64,000 nucleotides of DNA from Meiothermus sp. GTDB taxonomy: Bacteria > Deinococcota > Deinococci > Deinococcales > Thermaceae. The notes beneath the pieces are model-generated. The model saw only the letters and a list, made by a program, of their open reading frames with translations, searched no databases and was not told the origin of the DNA. Numbering within the stretch: position 1 is the first letter of the stretch; each line of letters opens with the position of its first letter. The DNA lies in assembly GCA_033762915.1 (NCBI GenBank), contig JANRLD010000115.1, positions 1-64,000 of the forward strand, read 5' to 3'. Shown piece by piece: positions 1-7,924 of this stretch. The translations under genes and the position numbers were made by a program.

Positions 1-2522
1 GCGGGCAGGGCGGGCAGGGCCGGCGCCTCGAGGGCCGGCCGGGCCGGGGGCCGGGTGGCGCCCAGGGCGAACCCGCGCAGGTCGGGCACGACCGAGAGGG
101 CCGGGGGGGCGAAGGGCTCCAGCCTTGCCGAGACGGTCTGCTCGAGGGGCGCGAAGAACCGGGGGGCCGCCGTGGCCACTGCGGGGGGCCGGGCCGGGGC
201 GGCGGGCCGGGGGGCGGCAGGCGCCGCCGGGAAGGGGGCGGGTGACCCGGGCAGGGCGGCGGCCCGGGCGGGCGGGGTCAGGGGTAGGGCCTCTACCGCC
301 CTGGCGAGGGCCGGTGCGCCGCCCAGAACCCCAAGGGCCAGGCCGGCCGGCAGCATCGCGCCGTAGTGCCGCCACAGCCTCGAGGGGCTCCTCTGATCGG
401 TCTCGGTGGTCACGGTGGTGTTGGCCAGCCCGGTGACCCGCTTCACCGCCTCCACCACGCCCCCCACCTTGCTGGCGATGCCGTTGATCAGGCCCTGGAC
501 CAGGTTGACGCCGGCCAGGTACATGTTGTGGGCGAAGTTCTTGACCCACTCCCAGGCCGCGTGGAGCGCCCCCCGCAAGGCCTCCCAGTTGGGCGCGAGC
601 AGCCGCAGCGGCACGCTGAGGATCTGCTGGATGCCCGTCCAGACCTGCTGAGCGCCCCTGCGGGCCAGGTCCAGGTCGCCCCGGAACAGGCCCACCACCA
701 CGTTGACGAAGCCCCGCACGACGTTGACCACCCCGGTGAGGCCCTGGAGCACGGCCGCCCCCAGCCGGGCGAAGACCTTGGTGCCCAGCGTGAGGAGGGC
801 GCCCACCATGAAGCCGAAGCCGTACGCGATGGCCTCGAGGGGCCCCATCGCCGCCGGGATAAGCGACTGGAACCAGGCCCCCACCGGCCCCAACGCCGCG
901 CCGAGCTGGGAGATCGCCGCCATGAACTCGAACCAGGCCGTCCGCAGGGGCAGCAGCGCCGCCAGCACGTTGACCCTGAAGGCGTCCACGTTGTTCCAGG
1001 CCCAGACGAATGCCGCCCCCAGGCCGATCACAGCGGCGGCGATCATGACGACGGGGTTGGCAAGCAGAGCCGCCGTGAAGGCCCTCGCCGCCCCCGTCGC
1101 GGCTAGGAGCTGCCCGCGCAGGAACGGCAGGACGCCGCCGGCCGCCGCGACCCGGGCGGCGAAGGCGTCCGCCCGGCCGGCCGCGTCGTAGAGCCCCAGG
1201 GCGGCCGCGCTGGCCGCGTCCCTCAGCACCGCCAAACCGATGCGGGCCTGAGCGCCGGCGAAACCCAGCACGCCCAGCGCCGCCACCAAGCCCCCGGCCC
1301 CGACCGCCAGCAGGGCCAGCCCCGCGACCACCGCCAGCACGGTCTGGGTCAACGCCGGGTTGGCCTGGGCGGCGGAGTCGAGCCACTTGACGAAGCGCGT
1401 CCCCGCGTCCAGCACCTTGGTGAACGGGGGTAAGACGTAGTTGCCTATGGTGATGCCGAGGTTCTGTAGGGAGTTGCGGAAGATCTTGAGCCTGGCGTCG
1501 GCGGTCTCGAGGCGTTTGGCGTATTCGGCCTGGATGGAGCCGGCGTAGTTGGTCTGCTGCCCCACCAGCCCCAGGTTGGTCTTCACCTCGGGCAACACGT
1601 TCATCAGGGCGAGCACGTCGTCGGCGTACTCCATCCCGAACATCTGGCCGATGGCGGTGCGGGCGTTGGGGGCCTGCTTGAGGGTGTCGAGGAAGCCCAG
1701 CACGGCCCCGGTGGCGTCCTTGCGGACCAGGGCCTCCATGCCCTCGGCGGTGTAGCCGATGGCGGCGAGCCCCTTCTGGAAGGGCTTGGCCTGGATGGTG
1801 GCCATCGAGAGCCGGTTGATCAGGGCGTTAAGGCCGCTGGACACGACCTCGGGGGCGCGGCCCGTGGAGAGCAGGGCGGCGCTGAATGCGGATATCTGCT
1901 GGGCGGTCATGCCCAGCGGCGCGCCCACCGAGCCCACACGGCGGAGGGTCTCCAGGATGTCGGGGGCCTTGGCGGCGGTGGTGTTGGAAAGGGCGTTGAC
2001 GGCGTCGGCCATCAGCAGCACCTCGGGCTGGGTGCCCTTGAAGATGACCGCCAGCTGGGCGATGGTGTCCCCGGCCTGCCCGGCGTTGATGTCCAGCGCG
2101 GTGGAGACCTTGGCGGTGTTCTCGATGAACTTGGCCAGGTCCTGCAGCGGGATGCCGGCCTGCCCGCCCGCCGCCGCTATCTCGGTGAGCTGGGTGACGG
2201 TGAGGGGGATCTCGCGGCTGAGGTCGCGGATCTGCTTCTGCAGGATGGCCGGGCCCTGGGGGGTGGGGAAGTCCACCACCTTGCGCACGTCGCTGAAGGC
2301 GGCCTCGAAGGCGACGGCCTGCGCGGTCGCGCCGGCCAGGGGTGCGGCCAGGGCCAGCCCCACCGCCGCGATCGAGGCGCCGGCCTGGAGGCGGTTGAGC
2401 GCCTCGTCGGCCCGGTCGGCCATCTGCTCCATGCCGCCCAGGCCGCTGACGATCCGGCCCATCGGCCCGGACAGCCGGTCCGCCAGCTCGACCAGCACCT
2501 GGAGCTTGAACAGCCCCTCCAT
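1..2522 (-). CDS. Tail tape measure protein (runs off left edge)
   Basis: Not in ORF track. Translated from ATG 2522 (TGATG overlap): MEGLFKLQVLVELADRLSGPM...AFEAAFSDVRKVVDF...IAAAGGQAGI; TP901-type core, SPSR motif, Pro/Ala-rich tail. Confidence 0.9.
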   Translation of the reverse strand, partial: MEGLFKLQVLVELADRLSGPMGRIVSGLGGMEQMADRADEALNRLQAGASIAAVGLALAAPLAGATAQAVAFEAAFSDVRKVVDFPTPQGPAILQKQIRDLSREIPLTVTQLTEIAAAGGQAGIPLQDLAKFIENTAKVSTALDINAGQAGDTIAQLAVIFKGTQPEVLLMADAVNALSNTTAAKAPDILETLRRVGSVGAPLGMTAQQISAFSAALLSTGRAPEVVSSGLNALINRLSMATIQAKPFQKGLAAIGYTAEGMEALVRKDATGAVLGFLDTLKQAPNARTAIGQMFGMEYADDVLALMNVLPEVKTNLGLVGQQTNYAGSIQAEYAKRLETADARLKIFRNSLQNLGITIGNYVLPPFTKVLDAGTRFVKWLDSAAQANPALTQTVLAVVAGLALLAVGAGGLVAALGVLGFAGAQARIGLAVLRDAASAAALGLYDAAGRADAFAARVAAAGGVLPFLRGQLLAATGAARAFTAALLANPVVMIAAAVIGLGAAFVWAWNNVDAFRVNVLAALLPLRTAWFEFMAAISQLGAALGPVGAWFQSLIPAAMGPLEAIAYGFGFMVGALLTLGTKVFARLGAAVLQGLTGVVNVVRGFVNVVVGLFRGDLDLARRGAQQVWTGIQQILSVPLRLLAPNWEALRGALHAAWEWVKNFAHNMYLAGVNLVQGLINGIASKVGGVVEAVKRVTGLANTTVTTETDQRSPSRLWRHYGAMLPAGLALGVLGGAPALARAVEALPLTPPARAAALPGSPAPFPAAPAAPRPAAPARPPAVATAAPRFFAPLEQTVSARLEPFAPPALSVVPDLRGFALGATRPPARPALEAPALPALP

Positions 2523-3064
2523 CAGGGTCGCCACCCCGCAGGCACACGCCCGATCGTTGTGACGGTGTCCCAGTCGGCCAGCGGGGTGAGCCGCATGGCC
2601 CCGGCGCCCCTGAACCGCTGACCCCTTGCGGCCCGGGTGTTCTCGGCCACGCAGGGAATGCCCTCGACGACGCCCACATAGACGCCGACGTGGCCCTCCA
2701 CGTCCGGCGCGGTGCGGGGGCTGGTCGGGGCCTCGTCGCCGGCCCGGCTGCTGAACACGAAGTCCCCCGGCTTTAGCAGCTTGAGCAACTGGGCGCGGTG
2801 GTCCGCGCGCCTGGGATCGAAGTCGACCTTGGAGACCTCCCAGTTCAGGCGGTCAATTCCGCGCTCGGCGTCCGTCGCCCAGCGGGACCGGTCGGCGTCC
2901 ACCCCGGTCCTGTCCAGCACGCGGTCGTACAGCACCCACCGGTTGGTGTTGGTGGCCTGGGCCAGCGCCTCGAAAGCGAGGTGGAGGCAGCGCCCAGGTA
3001 TGAGCGGGAATCCCCGCCGCTTTCCCTGCACGGCCTCGAGTGCGATTTTTGCGATCGTCTGCAT
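2522..3064 (-). CDS. Putative endolysin, NlpC/P60/CHAP-like cysteine peptidase
   Basis: GRCLHL cysteine and GHVGVYVG histidine motifs, PGD motif; first gene after a late promoter element. Confidence 0.6.
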   Translation of the reverse strand: MQTIAKIALEAVQGKRRGFPLIPGRCLHLAFEALAQATNTNRWVLYDRVLDRTGVDADRSRWATDAERGIDRLNWEVSKVDFDPRRADHRAQLLKLLKPGDFVFSSRAGDEAPTSPRTAPDVEGHVGVYVGVVEGIPCVAENTRAARGQRFRGAGAMRLTPLADWDTVTTIGRVPAGWRP

Positions 3065-3077
3065 GGCGGCTCCAAAC

Positions 3078-3140
3078 CGAAAGCCCCCGCTCGGGTGAGC
3101 GGGGGCTAGGTTATACGGAGTATACAGGGTTTCGGCGGGT
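3078..3140 (-). promoter_or_regulatory. Late promoter element copy A with downstream hairpin
   Basis: CCCGCCGAAAccctgTATACTccgtaTAACCTAGCCCCCGCTCacccGAGCGGGGGCTTT. Confidence 0.75.
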
Positions 3141-3152
3141 CGTGGGGCTACC

Positions 3153-3170
3153 CCACGCTATCTGTCGCAA
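3153..3170 (+). repeat. Internal copy of phage-end 19-mer
   Basis: CCACGCTATCTGTCGCAA, one mismatch to the reverse complement of the end motif. Confidence 0.75.
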
Positions 3171-3176
3171 GGCCGA

Positions 3177-3371
3177 CTAAACGAACCAGTCCGGGGCGGC
3201 AAAGACATACAGCGCCTCGAGCACATCGCCCCGCTGGTGCTCGGGCATCTCTGCGGTGGCCTCGGTCAGGGCAGTCTCAAGTTGCTCAAACCTGGCTTTG
3301 GTCAACAAGCCCGCGTCCTGGAGGCGCTCGGCCTCCCGAAGAATGCCCTGATAGGTGAGGGTCGCGGTCAT
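3177..3371 (-). CDS. Putative immunity protein for the MuF toxin
   Basis: 64-aa acidic helical ORF coupled by ATGA overlap to the MuF-peptidase gene. Confidence 0.55.
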   Translation of the reverse strand: MTATLTYQGILREAERLQDAGLLTKARFEQLETALTEATAEMPEHQRGDVLEALYVFAAPDWFV

Positions 3372-4612
3372 GGTATTCCTAGCACTTTCTTTACCTCTTC
3401 AATCATAGCATAGCCCTCGGGGTCGAACTGCCTCAAAACGCCCCGGTGAAAGGCGTAGGCGGCGAAGGTCTCGGAGAAGTATTCATGGGCGTTGGCCTTG
3501 GCGTACTCGGTGATCGGCGTGGCCTTGGCGAAGGCCGCCCGGACGATGGGCGCGACCTTGGCCTCGTCGCTGTACCAGAGGTGGTGTCCCAGCTCGTGCA
3601 CCAGGGTGCGCTTCATCGCGTCGAGCTTGTCTGTGCCGCAGCTCGATACGCTCCAGGACTTGCCCGGCTCGAACGTGGCCCCGTAGGTCTCCGGCTTACG
3701 CGTCGAGCGCACATCTATGCGGGTCTTGCCGGTCGCGGGCCAGCGGGTGAACATGCCGTTGGCGTTTGGCCGCCTGATCGTCCCCAGGTTAATCTCCGCG
3801 ACTGGGCGCGTCTTCATCCACTCGATCAGGCCCGCCGTGTTGATGCCCCGCAGCACCTCGGCCTGGTCTTTCTTGGGGATTTTGGACTCGAGGACGTAGA
3901 ACTGCACGCCCTCCTTGGGCTTTTCCTCTTCGACCGCAGCGGGGGTGGGGCGGAGTTGCTGGTAGGCCGCCCACAGTTGGGGGTGGTAGTCGGCCTCATC
4001 TGGGCTCCAGGCCTGCCGCCCTGGGGGAGCGCCGAAGCCCTCGAGGGGCGGTTGCAGCGGCGGGGTGGGGGTGACGCCCCTGGCCTCGGCCTGCTCGCGG
4101 GAGTAGGTGACGAGGGCGGTGCGACAGCGGTAGTGCAGCGGGGGCACGTGGGTGTCCCAGAAGGGGTCGTCGGCGGGGCGGATCACGCCCCGGAGGTTCA
4201 GGCAAATCTTGCTGGTGCGCCCGTCCAGCACCACCGCCAGGCCCCAGAAGGGGCGGCTCTCCCGCACCGCGTCCGCGCTCTTCCAGCGGCCCGCACCATA
4301 AGCGCTTTGCAGGTTGGTGTCGAAGATCAGGCCCAGGCGGTGGGCCGAGCCCGTGCCCCAAGCGCCTTGCAGCGCGGCGGGCAGCCCGGCCTTGAACTCC
4401 TCGAGGGTGTCGCCCTTGGCCAGGGCGCTGTCCAGGCGGTCGAAGACCTGCTGCACCAGCTCGAGCCGGGTCAGGCCGCTGACGAAGAAGGCCCGCGCCC
4501 TGGCCTCGGCCTCGAGGGCGCGGAACTGGGGGTCGGTGAGCGGCAGCCGCGCCCTGAACCACGCTATGGCCTCGGCGGGGTCTACGGGATTTGGGTCGAC
4601 GCTCCAGGGCAT
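3368..4612 (-). CDS. MuF (gpF-like) head morphogenesis protein with C-terminal zincin metallopeptidase
   Basis: LIFDTNLQSAYGAGR, DGRTSKIC and PPLHYRCRT MuF motifs; C-terminal LVHELGHH...EYFSETF. Confidence 0.85.
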   Translation of the reverse strand: MPWSVDPNPVDPAEAIAWFRARLPLTDPQFRALEAEARARAFFVSGLTRLELVQQVFDRLDSALAKGDTLEEFKAGLPAALQGAWGTGSAHRLGLIFDTNLQSAYGAGRWKSADAVRESRPFWGLAVVLDGRTSKICLNLRGVIRPADDPFWDTHVPPLHYRCRTALVTYSREQAEARGVTPTPPLQPPLEGFGAPPGRQAWSPDEADYHPQLWAAYQQLRPTPAAVEEEKPKEGVQFYVLESKIPKKDQAEVLRGINTAGLIEWMKTRPVAEINLGTIRRPNANGMFTRWPATGKTRIDVRSTRKPETYGATFEPGKSWSVSSCGTDKLDAMKRTLVHELGHHLWYSDEAKVAPIVRAAFAKATPITEYAKANAHEYFSETFAAYAFHRGVLRQFDPEGYAMIEEVKKVLGIP

Positions 4613-4618
4613 AGACGC

Positions 4619-6430
4619 TCAGGACGCTGGGTGCTGGCCCGCCCATATCGCGTAGTACACGCGGGAAACGTTCAGGATTCGGGCCGTGGTCCCGACAGTT
4701 TTCCTTATCTCTATGTAGACGCCGATGCGTGAGTTGTTGGAAATGAGGGGCACCTGCGCACTGCTCGAGCCCTGCGGCGAGCCGTCGATCCACATCCGGC
4801 TGACCGCTGTTGTTGACGTGTTGTCTAGCAACAGCTCAAGTGTCTGCGAGCTGGGCGTGGCCACGGGCGGAATGATGGAGGTGTTTGTGTCTAGAGATCC
4901 CCCATTTGCCTGCTGTAAGCGCCAGCCCGTGAGGTTGTGGTCCCAGTAGGCCATGACCAGAGCCCCGGAGTCCGCCGCGCCGGGGGCCTGGCTCGAGAAC
5001 CCTATGCGGATCTGGCAGGTTTCGGTCCCGTTGCACAGTGCGCTGAGGCGTAGTCCCTCAACCCTGAGGTACGCCAGTGCTGGCACCCGCATGAACTGAG
5101 ATGCCGACGACTGGCTGTACCAGCCGGCGCGGCCCGTCGCGGTAGTGCCCGTGGATAGGGCGGCGGCACCGATGATGGTGGCGTTGGAGGGCGAGTCCGC
5201 ACCGACGCCCCCCGCACCCGTGCCCGAGACGGCCTGGGTGAAGCACGTGTACGTTGTTGAGAGCGCCCACAGCCGTTGGTCACACGCGATCCAGAAGGGG
5301 TTGCTGGTGCTCTCTTGGTTGGGTTTACTGGTTCTACTCCACGCTAAGAAATAATCCGGCATGCTGGTCGTCGCGGTCACGCGGAAACGCTCATCCATCC
5401 AGCGGTTGCCCACGCGGATGACGACCGTCCCTAAGCCGTCCACGCTCGCGCAGTCCAAGCAAAATGTGCGGGTGATTGAGGCACCCAAGCCGGCCAGGTT
5501 GGCGAAGCTCGTGAACTGATTGTTGTCCGACGCCACAACCGCCCAACTCGTGTCAAAGCGCAAAAGCAGCGCCGCGTTGTTGTTGTTGATGGTGGCAATG
5601 GTTGTGCTATTGCTGTTGTCGCGGATGTTTATATTCCCCAAACTGGAGCACCTCGGGCGGTAGACCAGAATCATGTCCCCGGCCGCCGGGCTGGCTGGCA
5701 TGAGCAGCTGCGGGATAGTGCCGTCCGTGTTGCAAATCTGCACCCGGGTATTCAAATCGGTACTTTGCAGCATGGTGTTCGTGTTAAAGCCTAGGCCCAG
5801 GCTCCGACCGAACGGGAAGTTGGCCCCGGTGTATCCAGTAGAGCCCCCGCCCCCGGTGTTGTCGGTCCCCCAGGTCAACGCGCCTGAGGCGAGTTTCAGC
5901 ACCTGTCCATCGGCTCCCACCGCTGGGGCCAGCTTGGCAGCTGTGACCGCCCCGTCCGCCAGGTCGGCGGTCGCCACTGCCCCGTTGGTAATCTCGGTAG
6001 AGCCGATCGCATTTAACGTTGCCAGCCCGCCCAGGCCGAGCGCTGTGCGCTGGGCGGGTGCGTCGGCGGCCGTCAGCAGAGCCCGGCCGGCGGCGGTACT
6101 GTCGCTGATCTGCGAGGCGGTGTGGGTATGGCTCGAGTTGGCCTTGCCGTCCAGCGCCGCCTGCAGCCCGCCCACGTCCGCGATCGCAACGGCCAGCAGT
6201 GTCTTGGCCTGGGCGGCGGTGCACTGCTCGAGGCTGCCGGTGCTGGTGGTGATTCGGCAGGCGATGCGGTTCTGCGCCACCCCCGTGGTGCGGTCGAGCG
6301 GGACGGTGTTTGTGAGGATACGGCTGCCATTGATCGTGCCCGTGGTCTGTCCCTGGGCGCTCTGGATTTGGACGGCGAGCAGCACCAGCAAGGCCACTCC
6401 CGCGCCGATGGCGACGTTTCGCAGTTTCAT
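4619..6430 (-). CDS. Fibre-like protein with N-terminal signal peptide
   Basis: Likely start ATG 6430 (TGATG overlap), MKLRNVAIGAGVALLVLLAVQIQSAQG; GLQAALDGKANSSHTHTASQISD and GAVTAAKLA fibre repeats; lower-GC beta-rich C-terminus. Confidence 0.65.
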   Translation of the reverse strand: MKLRNVAIGAGVALLVLLAVQIQSAQGQTTGTINGSRILTNTVPLDRTTGVAQNRIACRITTSTGSLEQCTAAQAKTLLAVAIADVGGLQAALDGKANSSHTHTASQISDSTAAGRALLTAADAPAQRTALGLGGLATLNAIGSTEITNGAVATADLADGAVTAAKLAPAVGADGQVLKLASGALTWGTDNTGGGGSTGYTGANFPFGRSLGLGFNTNTMLQSTDLNTRVQICNTDGTIPQLLMPASPAAGDMILVYRPRCSSLGNINIRDNSNSTTIATINNNNAALLLRFDTSWAVVASDNNQFTSFANLAGLGASITRTFCLDCASVDGLGTVVIRVGNRWMDERFRVTATTSMPDYFLAWSRTSKPNQESTSNPFWIACDQRLWALSTTYTCFTQAVSGTGAGGVGADSPSNATIIGAAALSTGTTATGRAGWYSQSSASQFMRVPALAYLRVEGLRLSALCNGTETCQIRIGFSSQAPGAADSGALVMAYWDHNLTGWRLQQANGGSLDTNTSIIPPVATPSSQTLELLLDNTSTTAVSRMWIDGSPQGSSSAQVPLISNNSRIGVYIEIRKTVGTTARILNVSRVYYAIWAGQHPAS

Positions 6431-6828
6431 CAGAACTTTACCCCCTTGACCTTGGTGCGGGCCGCGTCGAGCAGTGCGGAGCCGAACGTAATCTTTGTCT
6501 GTGCGGCATTGAGCGTGTACTCGTCGGCCCCTGGGGCGGCTGCCGCGTAATCCAGCGCCAGCAGTACTCCGCCCTCGGCCACCAGGATGGAGTCCGGCTC
6601 GAGCGCGGTCGGGCTGGTGTCGGAGCCGATCCAGTAGGTGTTGCCGCTGTCCGGTACCAGTTGCAACCACTTGGACTGCTGCCCCTCGGCGGGGTAGGCC
6701 ACGATCTGGCCCAGGCCGTTGGTGACGTAGACCTTGGTGCGCGTCCCGACCCGCACGTAGTAGATGCTGTCCGGCGCCAACGTGCCGGGCAGCGCAGAAA
6801 CGACCTTATGGTGACGAACTTGGGGCAT
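6430..6828 (-). CDS. Virion fibre/decoration-associated protein, paralog of downstream neighbour
   Basis: N-terminus HKVVSALPGTLAPDSIYYV resembles HQVTALPGTLEPDSFYYV of 6837-7397. Confidence 0.55.
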   Translation of the reverse strand: MPQVRHHKVVSALPGTLAPDSIYYVRVGTRTKVYVTNGLGQIVAYPAEGQQSKWLQLVPDSGNTYWIGSDTSPTALEPDSILVAEGGVLLALDYAAAAPGADEYTLNAAQTKITFGSALLDAARTKVKGVKF

Positions 6829-6836
6829 GTCGCCCC

Positions 6837-7397
6837 CTACCAGTCATTCGTTGACCAGTCGCTCGAGATGGCGTTACCGTTGTAGAGCAGGCTGCCGCCG
6901 GGGTCCGTGAGCTTATCCAACGTCGACTTGTTGGAGTGGGTGTGGGCGTTCGCCACCGCCGAGTCGATCTGGGCCGGGGTGGAGGTCGGCTTGCCCGTGA
7001 TGTTGGCCCACTGCACCACCACGTCCATGCTCTCGTACTCCGCCACCTTGGTCCAGGTTTCCCCGGAGTCGTTCCAGAAATACATGGCTGCGCCGCTGGC
7101 GACCGTGGCGTCGCCCGTGGCGTCCGTCACCAGGACCAGTGCGTTGCTGCCCAGGCTGGCGGCCAGGGCGTTGCGGGCCGCGATGTTCGCGACGTTGTAG
7201 ACCTGGTTTAGGGCCGATATCTGGGCGGCGATCAGGGCGTTGGTGCGGGCGGTGTTGCCGATGGCCTTGGGGTTGCCCGAGTTGTCGGTGATGTACGCCT
7301 CGACGTAGGTGTTGCCCCCGGCGGCCAGCACGTAGTAGAAGCTGTCCGGCTCTAGGGTGCCGGGCAATGCCGTGACTTGGTGAAACTTAAGGCTCAT
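6837..7397 (-). CDS. Fibre-like structural protein
   Basis: WANITGKP and AHTHSNKSTLDKL fibre-type motifs; strong RBS AAGGAG. Confidence 0.6.
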   Translation of the reverse strand: MSLKFHQVTALPGTLEPDSFYYVLAAGGNTYVEAYITDNSGNPKAIGNTARTNALIAAQISALNQVYNVANIAARNALAASLGSNALVLVTDATGDATVASGAAMYFWNDSGETWTKVAEYESMDVVVQWANITGKPTSTPAQIDSAVANAHTHSNKSTLDKLTDPGGSLLYNGNAISSDWSTNDW

Positions 7398-7406
7398 ATG
7401 GCTCCT

Positions 7407-7550
7407 TTACCATTCGTTGGTGGCCCACTCCAGGGCCGCGTTTCCCGACTCGCCGTCCGCGTAGTACACCGTGTAAACCACGCTCACCCCGGCGGCCTCC
7501 ACCTCGAGCACCAGTTCCTCGACGGCGACCTCCAGCACCAAGTCGCTCAC
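7407..7550 (-). CDS. Small acidic protein, 47 aa
   Basis: GTG 7550 overlaps the upstream stop; MSDLVLEVAVEELVLEVE...LEWATNEW. Confidence 0.5.
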   Translation of the reverse strand: MSDLVLEVAVEELVLEVEAAGVSVVYTVYYADGESGNAALEWATNEW

Positions 7551-7924
7551 CGCACACCTCGGGGGGGCTGGACCTCCAGGAGCAAGCGCAGGAGGGTGCG
7601 GGACGCCGCGCCGGGCCCCAGCCGCTTCAGCACGCCCCGGGCCCGGGTGAAGGCCCACAGTGCGGTCTTGGAGCCGGGGACGTGGACGGCGATGATCCCG
7701 GTATCGGTGTCCAGTACACACTCGCCCGGGGCGGCGGTGTAGAGCAGCCCGGCCGGGGCGCCCCCACCCGGGCTGCTCCAGACCTCCAGGGTCGCGGAGT
7801 GGCCGGGGTAGGCGAGGGTCTCGCGGGCCGCGTTGGTCATGCGGACCTTGCCGAGCACCAAGGCCTCGCCCCGCACCACCACCATCGGCATCTCGGGGAT
7901 TTGGTTGACCGGCGGCAGGCTCAC
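7547..7924 (-). CDS. Hypothetical beta-rich virion protein (possible fibre adaptor)
   Basis: Coupled between portal and fibre-like genes. Confidence 0.5.
   Translation of the reverse strand: MSLPPVNQIPEMPMVVVRGEALVLGKVRMTNAARETLAYPGHSATLEVWSSPGGGAPAGLLYTAAPGECVLDTDTGIIAVHVPGSKTALWAFTRARGVLKRLGPGAASRTLLRLLLEVQPPRGVR

Noticed and set aside
55..2679. Plus-strand and alternate-frame ORFs over the tape measure gene
   Set aside because: Shadow ORFs of GC-rich DNA; the minus frame from 2522 has tape measure motifs
6431..6670. ORF-track N-terminal extension of the fibre gene
   Set aside because: Overlaps the 6430-6828 gene; ATG 6430 has a TGATG coupling
4619..7397. DGR or invertible fibre cassette
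   Set aside because: No reverse transcriptase, template/variable repeat pair or invertase in the window
7391..7405. CATATG as a further operator
   Set aside because: Flanks do not fit the palindrome; it is simply a start codon context
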